From Paraspadella gotoi (taxonomy: Eukaryota > Animalia > Chaetognatha): 64,000 nucleotides of DNA. Shown here in pieces: positions 52,501 through 64,000 of the stretch. Within the stretch, counting starts at the first letter, position 1; every line of letters starts with the position of its first letter. Position numbers and translations under genes: made by a program. The stretch is taken from assembly GCA_051294375.1 (NCBI GenBank), contig CM119270.1, positions 11,910,416-11,974,415 of the forward strand, read 5' to 3'. Below the pieces are notes generated by a model. The model did no database searches. It saw only the letters and a program-made list of their open reading frames with translations, and was not told where the DNA came from.

Positions 52501-55500
52501 TTTAATTGAGTTAATTAGATTATATCAGTCCTTTATAAGTCCTCCGATATTAGCATTAAACTCCACTTATTGTCGTGATTAATAGATGGATTGGGAATAA
52601 AATTTTGTGTGTGGTAGACAAAAGTATGCTGATTGAGGCTAGATATAAAGTTTGCTCATCTTCTCGTCCTCAAATCGTGCAGCCTCTACTTAACAAGTGA
52701 GTTCATCTTATAGCAATCTCAAACTGATGATAATAATGTACAATCTTAAGATAAAATAAAATTTATTTTACGATGTAGAACTCGTTTAATGTTGATGATA
52801 GTTTTTTTATTGTTTTTTTGGGGGACTCCATAAGTTCCTAAGTAGGTCTGTCAGTCACTGCTCATTGATGTTTGGGTATTTATTTTAATTCTCTTTTTAA
52901 ACATCAATTATGATATTTTTTTTTTAGACATTGTATTTTTGACTTTCTTTTTTTAAAAAGTTAAGAAATTTAAACTCTCTATTCAGTCTAGTCAGTATGT
53001 CCATCCAACAAAAAAGAAAGAAAAAAAATTTAAAAAGAAGAAGATAAAAAAAGACAAAATAAAAAAAACAAATGAGCTGATTAGCTTGTTTTACACTAAA
53101 TCTTGTGTGGCTATCTCCACATTGTTTTGCTAAATACTGTTTTTATTTTTTAAGGCTGAGAAATAAATAAATTTGGTAAAAAAATACAGATATATAATTT
53201 TTAGGATAAAATATGGAATATAATGAGTTTAACAAATTTGAAAATATGTATATTTAATTGCAGTTTACATAAAACAAGTTTGAAAGAGAGAGAGAAAAAA
53301 AGATCTCAAGAGAAGAGAAAAAAATTGAGAGAGAGAAAAAAAAAGAAAGAGTGAATGAGAAAAGAGAGAGAGAGAAAGATGAGAGAGAAAAGAAAAAGGG
53401 AGAGAGAAAGAGAGAGTAAAAACAGGGAGAATAGTTCTCAGATATAATAAATATGCAGAAAGTATATTTTCTCATCTAAACTTTTGCTCTCTCTTTAAAT
53501 CGCCCCCTGGGGAGAAGTTTTTTGGCTCAACGGGGTTTCCGCGAGGGGCAGACTTTTTTTGTGCCCCAGGGGGCTAAGCATTAGGGCGCCCTAATAGACC
53601 GCCAACAATGTTGGCCCAGGGGGAACCCCCTGGGGCGGCCCCCTGAGGCAGATCCAGAGGGGGCGCCCCCTCAATGACCATGTTGTGCTGCTCCCGCCTG
53701 GAATAGTCTGCGCCCTGGGGCCGCCCGCTAGACCGCGCCCGGGGCGGAGGATTTTGGGAGATGAATATCCTCATTTTCTTACTGTTTTTTAAGTTTGTGT
53801 GTGTGCGTGGTGATTGCTCGCTGTTTGTCCTATAGTAATGTTACTTCCCTATTATGTACTCAGATTAGCAATTTAATCTAAATTATTGATGACAAGCTCA
53901 ATCTCAAACACAATACGTTACTGCCTACGGNNNNNNNNNNNNNNNNNNNNNNNNNGGAAAGGAAAAGGAAAAGGAAAAGGAAAGCGTAAAATGGGAAGCG
54001 TCTTCGGTTCTGAGAAAAGAAACAGAGCAACAAGAGCTCGTAATGCCTTTCGCAATTGCCGGGAGGCAGTAAAAGCATTGGATGATACTGTATTTTTCTC
54101 TTCGTGACAAATAGAGGGGAAGACGTGGGAAGGCAAATGGAGAGACGGACAGATAGTCAGACTAACAGAAACAGAATAGAAAGACGGACCGAGAAAAGCA
54201 CAGATAAAACGACAGACGGACTGAAAAGCAAATCGAAACTCTCCAAAAAAGTCGTTATTCAGTGAACATTAGCAGTGAGAAAATGTTTCACGTCTTCACG
54301 CGTGATACATATTAAGTCGACTCACTTTCTTCCCCATGAGGAGTTGATGAACAGCCAGTAGATGAGATTCAAGAGGTTGAGGACGAGGAGGGCGGGAAAG
54401 AGGATCGTGTAAGAGCGCGAAGAACTTGTCGTTGTAGAGATTTAAGGGGAGGATGCATTCGAGGGTGTAGGGGACGGGTGCCCTGTTGCTCCGCCTGTAA
54501 TGTTCTTTTTTTTTTTTTTCCTCTCAGGTGAGCAGTTTTCGCTAATCTTTTTCTCGTTCTTCTTCCTCATTTTCTTTTTATTCTCGTTTTTTCTCTCCTA
54601 ATCAACCATTTTTTTTCTCCTTTTACCTTGGTGTTCTTCTTATATTCTATTCGGCTTTTCATTCCTTCCCGCCTTAATTCCTCCCATCCTTTCTTCCTTT
54701 CCTATTTTCTCTTCTTTTTCCTTCTTTCTTTTTTTTTTACTATTCGCATATTTTTTTTCTTACTTTCCCCTTTGATCCCCTCATTATTTTCTTCTCTTCT
54801 TTATTTTTCTTTTCCGATAATTACCAGAGAGTCACTTGTTTATTTCAATTTTCCTTTCGCGCTGCATTCTTTATTTCTCTTCATTAGAAATTAAATCTTG
54901 GTAAGACAATATCGATACCACACTTTTTAGCCATGGTACTACAGTGATATTCAATGTAGTTTTTCCTGCGATTTTCTCCACAGGAAAAATTATGCAAATA
55001 CAAAAGCATGTGCCTATTGTTGCTCCAAAAAAAGCAAATTGCAAACTTTTTTGAAGACAAGAAAGAAAGAGAACCACTGAGCCGTCGGGAAGCATTGATT
55101 TTTCTCTTCCCTACTTCTCTTTGCGTCAAAAACAAAAACAAAAAACCTCGAATTTTCTTGAAAACAGAGAGAGAGAGAGAGAGAGGAGGGAGATTGAGAG
55201 ACAGAGAGAGAGACAGAGAGAGAGACAGAGAGAGAACAGACGAGAAGAAGACAGACGAGAACTGACAGAGAGAGTAGACGAGAGAGAGACAGACGAGAGA
55301 GACAGAGAGAGACGAGAGAGAGAGACAGCGAAGAACAGAAGACAGAGAGACGACAGAGAGAGAGAGAGAGAGAGAGAAATCCCAGGACGGACAACAAAAA
55401 AGCAATAAAGCAGAATTTTCACGAGCGTCAACGATGCTTTTCTGTCGTCGTCTTTGGGTTAAAGAGCAGCCGTTTATGGGATACTGAGAGGGGCGGGAAC

Positions 55501-57522
55501 TGTGATAGAAGAGGGTCGCTCTCTGTATTTTTTATGATACTGGATCGGAGGGGGGAGTGGGAATCGGAAAGATTGAATGGAGTCTTTTTTTTTTGGTTGA
55601 GGGTTCAATCATGGGCGAAACTGAATGGGGTGTGATTCTTGGGGCTTAGCGCCACACCTCTCTCTCTCTCTATCTCTCTCTCTCTCTCGCTCTCTTTCTC
55701 TCTCTCTCTCTCTCCTCTCTCCCGCTATGAAAGTCAATTGGGGCGAAGAAGGAGGAAAAGTAAATTTTGATCAAGCAGATCCCACTGCGTATCTGAGTTC
55801 GTGATCTGACAACTGCTCGGAATTTAGAAAATAAGTCCAATGCCGATGCTGCTAAGTAATGTATAAAAAATGCCTCATTAAGTTTATTTGTTTTCATCGT
55901 TTCTCCTTTTTAACCTTATGTTCTTTTTAATGGTCGATTAACCGGAAATCAAAATGTCCTAAATTTAAACATCTCGTTTGTTAATAATCGTCAACTATCG
56001 TCATCCCCATTTTTCATTTGAAGTCATCGTCAATATTAGTCCCAAGTGATTCGCCTTCATCTCTCTTTTTCCCTCATCAAATCGAGGAAAGTTGCACTGG
56101 GATCGTAAATTAAAAAAAAATCTGATCGGGGAAAATGGAGGGAATGATGGATTGAGATGAGACGCACGCTGGTTTAAAACTGTCGCAGACAACTGGCTCT
56201 CTGTGTCATTTGCAAGTGACTTAGAGACACTCCACTCACTTCAGTTTAGATTTAGTAATCCATAAAACACTCCTCGACTAACCTCTATTTAAATATTCCT
56301 CCGTCATTGCCAATTAAAATTAATCCAATGCCATTCGCCAGCGACTTCCCGTCATCCGCCACTTTGCCACGTTCGATTTAACGTCTGCCCGGCCGGCGGG
56401 GGCAATCTTCGCCATTCGCGAATGATTTCCAAACGCCAATCAAACTCCCTCGGCTTTGATTTCTGCCTTGATCTCTCTCAGCCTCAAATAAAAATGTGGA
56501 AATTGTCAGAAAAAGTGAGACTCTGACTCTGACTCTGACTCTGACGGATGATTTTCAGACCGAATGGAGTGAACGACTATCGAATTGAAGGCGGGTGAAC
56601 GGTGATCCGCTGCGAATGAAAAAATTCACGGGGGTATAACATTTAATTTGAATATTAGACGAAACAAAATAAACAAAAGACATGAAAAAGAAATTAAAAC
56701 AATGTTGCTATCCTTTTTCAATCCTATTTATATATTTCCAGAAGACAATACTAATGATAAAACCAAATTGATAAAATGAATAAAATAATGACTGATATAT
56801 TAAAAATTCTTTAATCCATAACTTAAAATGGTGAAACAATTAATTTTTGCATTTTACATAACTGCGTTTAACTCTAAAACTGAGAGGAAACAAGAATTCC
56901 AATGTGTTGCTCCACACCCACAGTGACTTTATTTTCACGTGTATTTCCCTTTAATCACCTGATATGACATGACATGACTTGACTAAAAAACTTTCTGTGT
57001 CCGTGTATTTATGACATGCACTGCATCAAAATTCCCTCTTTTATTCGTTATAGTTTTAAGAATTCCTGAAGGCAGCGCTAGCGGTCCCTTAGATTTGAGG
57101 TTTTTTCAGTCTTAACAAATGGTCAACCAATTTTTAATGTAAGTGAGACAGACCGACCGAAAAGTGACTTATAGAGTTGCACTGCGAGTAAAAAACGACA
57201 CTCGAAACTTTTGACTTGCGAATCTCAGGAGATTCTGAGTTAAAATTTAGACAAAGAGAAGAAAGTTGAGAATCGAAAGAAATCGAAGAGAGAAAATGGG
57301 AAAAGAAAGAAGAGACGAGAAAGAAATATTAGACAGAAGGAGAACAAAGGAGATTTTTATTCCGGCTGCGTCCATACATACTTCAATATTAAATTTGAAA
57401 AAGGAATTTAAGTTTTTATAAAATATTGAAGAAATTATCTTTACTTTGACTGCTATGAAAATGATGTAAATATTGATTGGTGTCGCATATTTATTTAAAG
57501 CCCTTGAAATTTAAGAGTCGTT

Positions 57523-57584
<62 letters not shown>

Positions 57585-59010
57585 TTGAAGGAGGACGTAG
57601 AAACGAGTCAAACGACGGGGGGCGAGAGAGTTTCGATCGTTAAAGAGAAAGAAGGTGACTTGGAATAGAGTGACAATCAAATAATGAACAATTTTTAAAA
57701 AATTGTTATTTGGATGGAAATAGCGTGGAAACTGCTGTTAAAGAAAGATCTGAAACATTGAAAAATAATTGTTGCAAGGATGTGAGGTTTTTATGTAAAG
57801 CAATGGAATGGACATTAAAATTAGTTTAAAATAAGAATAAACACGACCAATGGGCAGAATGAGAGAAATGGGGAAAAAATTTCATCGTTAAAAAAAAATA
57901 GGAGCTCACGAGAATGAAGATAGATAATGAAAAAAAAGGAGAAAGAATGAAGGAAAAAAATAGAGAAAAGCGATTGAAAGGGGGGCGTAATCGCACGGGG
58001 CGATCACGAGAAAACAAGATAACGGGAACGAGAGAAAAAAAAAAGAATGAAAGTGGAAAATGAGAGAGAAATTCAACTCGTAGCTTAATCGTTCGCATCC
58101 GAGACTTAAACAGTCGTTAAGAGTCGAATCCGATTATGACGAACAGCAGCCATTTTCATCGACGACTGCGAGCGACGGAACACGAAAACAACGACGACAA
58201 CAACAACGACTGCGGCGATATCCCTCCCGCCCGTTTCAGTCGCGGGAAATCGCTGGCGGCATTTCCGAGAAATGGATGAATAAAGCATGAGGAGTCTCTG
58301 GATGTTTTGACGTTTCAATGCGAATCCGTTCTCGAGGTTTTCCTAGGGAGCGGATGAGGACGCGGTTTGATGGTGGCGGGGGACCGGGCGGAGGGGGGGG
58401 GAATGGGGGGGCGTGGAGAAGTGGTTATTACGTCGTGAGGTTTTGATGGTAAAGAGATCACTGAGATCTGGGCGGTTTTCTTTTCTCAATGGTTCAATGA
58501 TACTTGTGGCAGTTGGGTGATTGGATCATTCGACGGTTTGATGATATCTCGGTGAAAGGATTTCGATATTCGATGGAACCGAACGATCGATGGATGGAAA
58601 CTCGAGTGGATTTGATGTTTGTTCGGATCGAAAATTTGGGAAAGGATGGGAACTAGGAAGCTTGAACAGCGGAGTGTTGTTCACTCGAATGGAGAAAGAC
58701 TTATCACTGTGAGGAAGTGAAGATTACAATCTCCGGAAATCGTTTTTTGGATTATCGAAACACGATTCGACGAAAGGATTAGGAAGGCGAGAAGTTGTTT
58801 GATGCGTTTGATGTGATTATGGTTTTCAGCCATCAGACAAAGATGAAGATTGCATGGGATTCAATGAAAGAGAAAAGCGCGAGATAAGTGACATATATTG
58901 AATCTCTTGCGTTGAGACAAATTTGAGAAAGAAGGAACATGACAGAAAGGGAGAAAAGGGTAATAAGAGGAGGAAATGAAAATGAAAGAGAAAAATATAG
59001 ATAGATAGAT

Positions 59011-59109
<99 letters not shown>

Positions 59110-60544
59110 AAAAAAGAAAGACTGAAAGAAAAATGATGTGGGAAATCGCGAGTCGCAACGAATATCGAATAATTTTTTTCGTTTCTTTGACCAAAAATAA
59201 ACATCGCTTCTTTTACTTTTGTTTTTTCTTTCCTTCTTTTTCCCTTTCGCCTTTCTCTCATTTACTCTCGGTCAATGGCGAAATCAGAGGGCGAGCCGAC
59301 AATGCAATTTATCTCTCCTCTCCTCTCTCTCTCTTCTTCTCTCTCTCTCTCTCTCTTCTCTCGTCTCTTCTCTCTCTCCTCTCTCTCTCTCTTCTCCTCT
59401 TCCTCTCTTCTCTCTCTCTCTCTCTCTCTCCTCTCTTCTTCCTTCATTTCCTCCCTATCTATTCGACAAGATTTATTTGGCCGACTCTCTTCTATTGAAC
59501 GAGGGAAATAAGGAATAAGCGTAAAAAATAACATCTTCCTCACCCCACTTTCCCTCCTTCCACACACCTTACCTTCAACTGCCCCTCAGGCGCTTCGTGA
59601 AGATCTTCTTGACGGATCCTCTTCAACTCGACGAGGACGGGAAGGACAAGGACGACCTCCAATGCTTCGCTGAGGAGTATCTCCGGAGAGACGGCATCTT
59701 CGTCCTTCAGGTCGAAGTGGTTTTGGCGCTGGTTGACCAGCGACGCTCATATGAAGACGCTACAAAAAAATCGCACATTGTGGCAGCTCTCATTCCTGTG
59801 CATCTTCTTCTTTCTTTTAAATAGTAATATTAATATTAATAACAAAAACGATATTGACGATATTAAAAACAAAAGACGGTCCAAGGTCAGGGGCAAGATA
59901 GCTTAGTTATTAAACGAATGGATAATTTTTATATTGGTTGTAACATTTTCATTGTAAAGCGACTAGAAAACATGTAAAACTAAACAGATGGCATACTTTA
60001 ATAATTTTCCGTCAGGGCGCATTGTTCTCTCTTTATTCACAAAAACAACGAATTCATAATATATTTTGAACTTCATCTTTACAATCGTTATAACTACATC
60101 TATAGGGGCGGGGCTAAGGTTATGAATTATAAATCATTTGTTATTTTTTCATATTGTTGAAACTTTTTGACGCTTTTTAAAAAAAATAGGACTAATATTA
60201 AAACATAACAAAAACTAATAGGGCTTGAAATAATATACCTCTATATGCAAATGAGATTTAAAAAAATAATTATTTCTTACACATCTCCACCATGACAATC
60301 GCAGATGATCGAGATGAACGTCGGCGGAATCATTGTGGAAACCGTGATGGAGAAATTGTGGGATCAATATCTCGACGACAAGTGGGCTGCCGACGCCGAG
60401 CCGGACTACGAGAACGAGAAGAAGTTGCTGGCGAAGGACACGCCCGACGGTGAGATGGGGGGGTGGTGGGAGGTGGAAGAGGTGAAGGTGTTAGATCGAG
60501 TGGAGGAAGGGGGGGAAAGTATGTGGGGTGGGAAAGGCGAATGA
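44184..60544 (+). CDS. inx: Innexin paralogue B, multi-exon; exon 6 appears only in inverted orientation in this assembly
   Basis: Exons: 44184-44367, 45831-46027, 46305-46454, 46739-46918, 47172-47345, [exon 6 inverted at 49978-50145 and 54326-54494], 59590-59710, 60305-60449 (donor) or stop at 60544. Protein: MTFVLDFVQALLGNKVWIDDGVDRINRKY...GDQIQCFPP...ICWT...VSYYQWTP...FPVETVCHF...YLRRDGIFVLQMIEMNVGG. It is colinear with paralogue A. Confidence 0.88.
47361..47659. mobile_element. MITE, 299 bp, with ~75-bp TIRs starting CACGGTTCCC
   Basis: CACGGTTCCCTAGACACCCCGAAAA... and ...TTTTCGGGGTGTCTAGGGAACCGTG form the termini, with AGTA on both sides (4-bp TSD). CAC termini plus a 4-bp TSD would fit CMC/Chapaev-type elements (inference). 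Confidence 0.85.
48728..48971. other. Assembly gap (N run)
   Basis: Run of N. Confidence 0.99.
49978..50145 (-). CDS. inx: Innexin B exon 6 (EL2-TM4), inverted copy 1
   Basis: CAG|AEQQGNP.PYTLECILPLNLYNDKFFALFTILFPALLVLNLLNLIY.LFINSSWGR AA|GTGAGT. The phase-0 start and phase-2 end fit exactly between the exons ending at 47345 and starting at 59590. Contains 1-bp indels. Confidence 0.8.
51343..53771. mobile_element. ~2.4 kb insertion with GC-rich degenerate inverted ends and an internal minisatellite
   Basis: Absent from the homologous copy at ~47800. Flanked by CATTTTCTT at 51334-51342 and 53772-53780 (9-bp TSD-like). GC-rich ends at ~51345-51590 and ~53500-53770. Confidence 0.6.
51768..52245. 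repeat. ~20-bp degenerate minisatellite (AACTTGCATAATTTGGTC-like)
   Basis: Many degenerate tandem units are directly visible. Confidence 0.85.
53931..53955. other. Assembly gap (25 N)
   Basis: Run of N. Confidence 0.99.
54326..54494 (-). CDS. inx: Innexin B exon 6, inverted copy 2
   Basis: Same exon as 49978-50145 with different indels. This copy has the intact TAC TGG CTG. Confidence 0.75.
59010..59110. repeat. (GAAA)n microsatellite
   Basis: Direct reading. Confidence 0.95.
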
Positions 60545-62626
60545 GACTATGATAGAAGGAGAATAGGTTTTCATAATATTTTTGTTAAAATAAAGAAAAT
60601 AAATGCACGATAATTCAAAACTATAATTCAATTTTTTTAAAACTATTGTACTTTAAAAAAAATTTCAAACAAATTACTTATTTAAACTATTCAAAATAAG
60701 GATCATCGAAAGGAAAATGGTCTGACAAAGACTCTGTAGACGGTAAGCCAGTTTATTTTGCGAGAAAAACTGATCCGTATCAACGAACTTAGAAACAAGA
60801 CATATTTAAATTAATCATAATCAACTATTTCCGATCTAACGAAAATCTAAAAGAGAATTGGCGCATCTAGTACTTTCGGGCGAAGTTAGACACTAGATTT
60901 AGATCCCTGAAATCGCGCATGTTCTGTCGCTGTTAATTTTAACGGAATTTAGTTGGTGGAAGGTGGATTTTTTGTTTAATTATGCTGGTAACTCAAAGAG
61001 AGTCTTCCTAAAAAGAGAATAGAAAGCTATACACCTTTTCTTTTCGAGGTTGTATTTCTCTCTCCAAGTTTTCGGGCTTGGCTGTTTTCCCATTCTACTT
61101 TTCTGTTTACCTCTGATCTTTGAAAACTCAGGGCAAGAGGAAACAGAACAACCTTTGCTTACACAAGGTACGTAATGCGCTCTCTTTCTCGGCCTCGTGT
61201 TCTCAGATTCTCGAAACTTTAAACATACTTTCCTTATCTTTTCTTTCTTATCGTCGTTTTCTGTTTACTTCTTTTTATTTTTCACTCGAGATTTTTTTTC
61301 CTTTTAACACATCTGTCACACCAGAAGAAGTTGGGGAGATTAAATGTTCATGCATGTCTGTCTAGACTCTAGTGTAAAATTTTAATATTGTTATTGTCAC
61401 TCTTATTTAGCGGCTAAAAAGTATTGAAATTTTTTTTTCATTAAAAAAATTGAAGTAAAAAGAAAATAAATTCGTATTTATAAAGTGTCGCAATAGATCG
61501 TGATTATCCTGAAATATCCGCAAAAGTCAAATGACGCGCTTTCCTTATAATCACTATTCAGTATTCACACTTTAGACAAAATTTTGTTAAAGTTCTAATT
61601 TTAAAAAAAATTCTATTCATTGTCAAATTTATTTTATTAATCAAAATATATTTTTATCAACAACAGGCCATCCCCGTCCAAGACGCTCCAGTTTCGTCCG
61701 AAACCGATGGAGTAAAAAGAATAAACAAGCGAATTCGAACGGAGGAAGCACCATGGTCTGAGCACCATATACTCTAGTCATGGTCTGAGCACCATAGACT
61801 GTAGACAGGGTCTTGACTTAGCTTAATTGAGTAAAGCCTGAGCTCAGCTTCGTGTTTCACCTATCGGGGCTCAACCGTTCGAGACCGTATTGCAGGACAA
61901 GTCATTGCAACGCTATCTATTGAAAACTACCGAAGTACTAAACTTATGCATTCGAATAAATGTCGGATACATTCTGAAAAAAACTTTTTAAAGCTTGAGG
62001 TTGTAAGATTTTACACTTGCAATCGCTAGGAGATAACTCCTTCTATTCCAAATTCTAAATGTTGATTTTTAAAAGTTCCATTCATTCTGAATTACTGCTT
62101 TTACTTTCTAAATTTAAAATTTTCATGTCATGTGATAATAGCACTAACAGATCACCTTTGTATAAATTAATCTACATGAGATTATTACTTTGCGATACCA
62201 AAAATTTGATTTCAGAATATTTCCTCAACTTGCAATTTTTTTTCTACATAAATATTTCTTCCTTTACAACTTACCTTACATTAAGTAAATCGCCTTCTGA
62301 GAACTAATTACAATGGATATTTTGTATGTTAACTAGTCTTTTGTACAGAATGTTAATTAAAATACTACCTAAATATTGCTATGAACGCCTTCTATCCAAA
62401 GCTTTACATTTTATATTATTCAAATGACTCCACACAACCTTTAAAAATACAAACCGTATCTTTTTCTCTTAAGTCTTTTTCTCTGCGTCGTTGCGTATGA
62501 ATTAAAAAAAATTATTAGGATAGTATGTTTATATAGACATTCAACTAATATTAAAAATATTCATACATTCTATTTTTCTTATTGACCGCCCGCAACGATT
62601 GGCGGCCATCTTGTATTTCTCGATTC

Positions 62627-62895
62627 TCATCTCTTGGCTTCGCAAACGAAAGGAATGGTTTTGGCGCAGTCTTGATCATTCCACGCCCCCGGCGCCGTTC
62701 GTTTCGCCGGAAGTCGGTTTCCGACGCCGCCGACTGTCGCCCGCCGCGCCGACGCCGCGTAGCCGCCCGACGTGGACGCCCTCAATTCCAGGCAGTTCTC
62801 CCCCCGTCCGCCGTTGGGTTCGCCTGGTCGAAACCCATTGTAATATTAAGAATTTATATTGCAAAAAAATTGATTTCTTCCAGGCTTCCAACGAA

Positions 62896-62939
<44 letters not shown>

Positions 62940-63615
62940 CTCTCTTCTCTCTCTCTCTCTCCTCCTGTCTTTCTCTCTCTCTCTCTCTACCTCGTGACCA
63001 ATGGCGCGTGGACAATGATTGTTTCGATTGAGTCCAACGCCATTGTCCTTCAATCTTAACGTCGCTTCCAGATGTCCAGAAGGGAAGTTGGTTTAATTCT
63101 TTAATAAATAAAACAAAGATTGAAAACAAAATAATTAAAACGTAGTAAAACATTGTGAAATTGCCTCGTGACAGTTTTTCTTAGTAATGAAATCAGTACG
63201 TACAACCAAAATAAAAACATCCCATCATTCAATTAATAAGCCATCTTGCCCCTGACTTTGGAAAGGCTCTGGTGAGTTAAGGCCTATTACAGGACAAAGC
63301 GGGACCCGGCATGTTTTTAATTTATTATCTCGCAAAGCACCCTCTGATATATCATCATTTTATTTTTCATAGTCTAAAAGGACAAGGTTACTTTTCCCGT
63401 CTATCCCTTTACATTCGTCGCGTTTCACTTACCCCTCACCTCACCTCTGTTACTGGCGAAGTATAGAACCAAAAAGTCGTTTTCCTCCGCGGTTTCTATG
63501 GCAACGAGATCCGCGCGAAATCGCTCACAGAATTTCCTGGCGTCACTCCACGCAGCGGGGACGGTGACGACGAGGTAACAAGAGTCGTCGTGAGGCAAGA
63601 ACCCGCCGGGGCAGC
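62627..63615 (-). CDS. C-type lectin domain protein (EPN/WND type); 3' exons only, 5' end not identified
   Basis: Exons 63615-63445, 63098-62991 and 62823-62627 join in phase 1: GCPGGFLPHDDSCYLVV...WSDARKFC...ADLVAIETAEENDFL...FWTSGSDVKIEGQWRW...WSRGEPNGGRGENCLEL...WNDQDCAKTIPFVCEAKR*. Confidence 0.92.
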
Positions 63616-64000
63616 CTGAGATAATGATTGCGATGAAAAGGGGGGCAGGGGGGATTTTGAATTTCGTGTAACGTCTTTGTTTAATGTTAATGTTTCTTGT
63701 CAGTTCGTTGCACAGGGTTGGGAAGGCAAAGTTGCGACGCATTACGGTCTCGCGATATTCTGAGACTTCGGTCGAGATTATTTGGGGGAATTACCTGGGG
63801 CAACAACCTATTTGATGTAGACAATGTAGAAAAACAAATGTGCTACCCGCAAATTTTCCTAATTAAGGAGCTTTTTGACTTTTTTCAATTATGCTATTTC
63901 TGTCTTACAAAAAAAAGAAAGTGAAACATTTTTCTTTAAATATTCATCCCTCGCGGCATCTTAATTTTTTTTCTTTAACTAGTTCCTTAACTATATAAAT

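Larger units (their letters stand above)
47665..54500. repeat. Nested inverted and direct duplications around two gaps
   Basis: 47800-48727 is the reverse complement of 50440-51342. ~47665-47800 is the reverse complement of 53772-53925. 48975-49135 is the reverse complement of ~50150-50312. ~49605-50152 is directly repeated at 53956-54500. Confidence 0.85.

Noticed and set aside
54884-55431. Multiple ER/LS-repeat ORFs (also ~24160-24470, 43393-43704, 58826-59567)
   Set aside because: Translations of (GA)n and (GAAA)n microsatellites.
61750-61800. Short tandem duplication CATGGTCTGAGCACCATA
   Set aside because: Only two copies, with no further structure.

Overview
This is intron-rich, microsatellite-rich animal (invertebrate) genomic DNA, not prokaryotic. 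Reading splice sites by hand gives four genes. (1) A 10-exon innexin on the - strand (ATG 5581 to ~281/168). (2) A divergent TRPC-like ankyrin cation channel on the - strand: N-terminus to pore at 39250-34577, S6/TRP box at ~19351-19000. Its 5' two-thirds is mirrored on the + strand (29114-33625) inside a ~19.5 kb palindrome (24464-43956). (3) A second, paralogous innexin on the + strand (44184-60544); its sixth coding exon occurs only as two inverted copies. (4) The 3' part of an EPN-type C-type lectin on the - strand (63615-62627). Mobile elements include a complete miniature LTR element (TRIM) with TSD and PBS, solo and mini LTRs of the same family, a CAC-terminated MITE, and a 2.4 kb insertion present in only one of two copies. 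The middle (~19.8-34.4 kb and ~48.7-54.5 kb) shows indel noise, 25-N gaps and inverted duplications, most likely from long-read gap filling or haplotype mis-joins, so rearrangements there need read-level confirmation. The best-supported biology is the intron turnover between the two innexins (including a 1-nt intron shift), the atypical TRPC architecture and the TRIM family.
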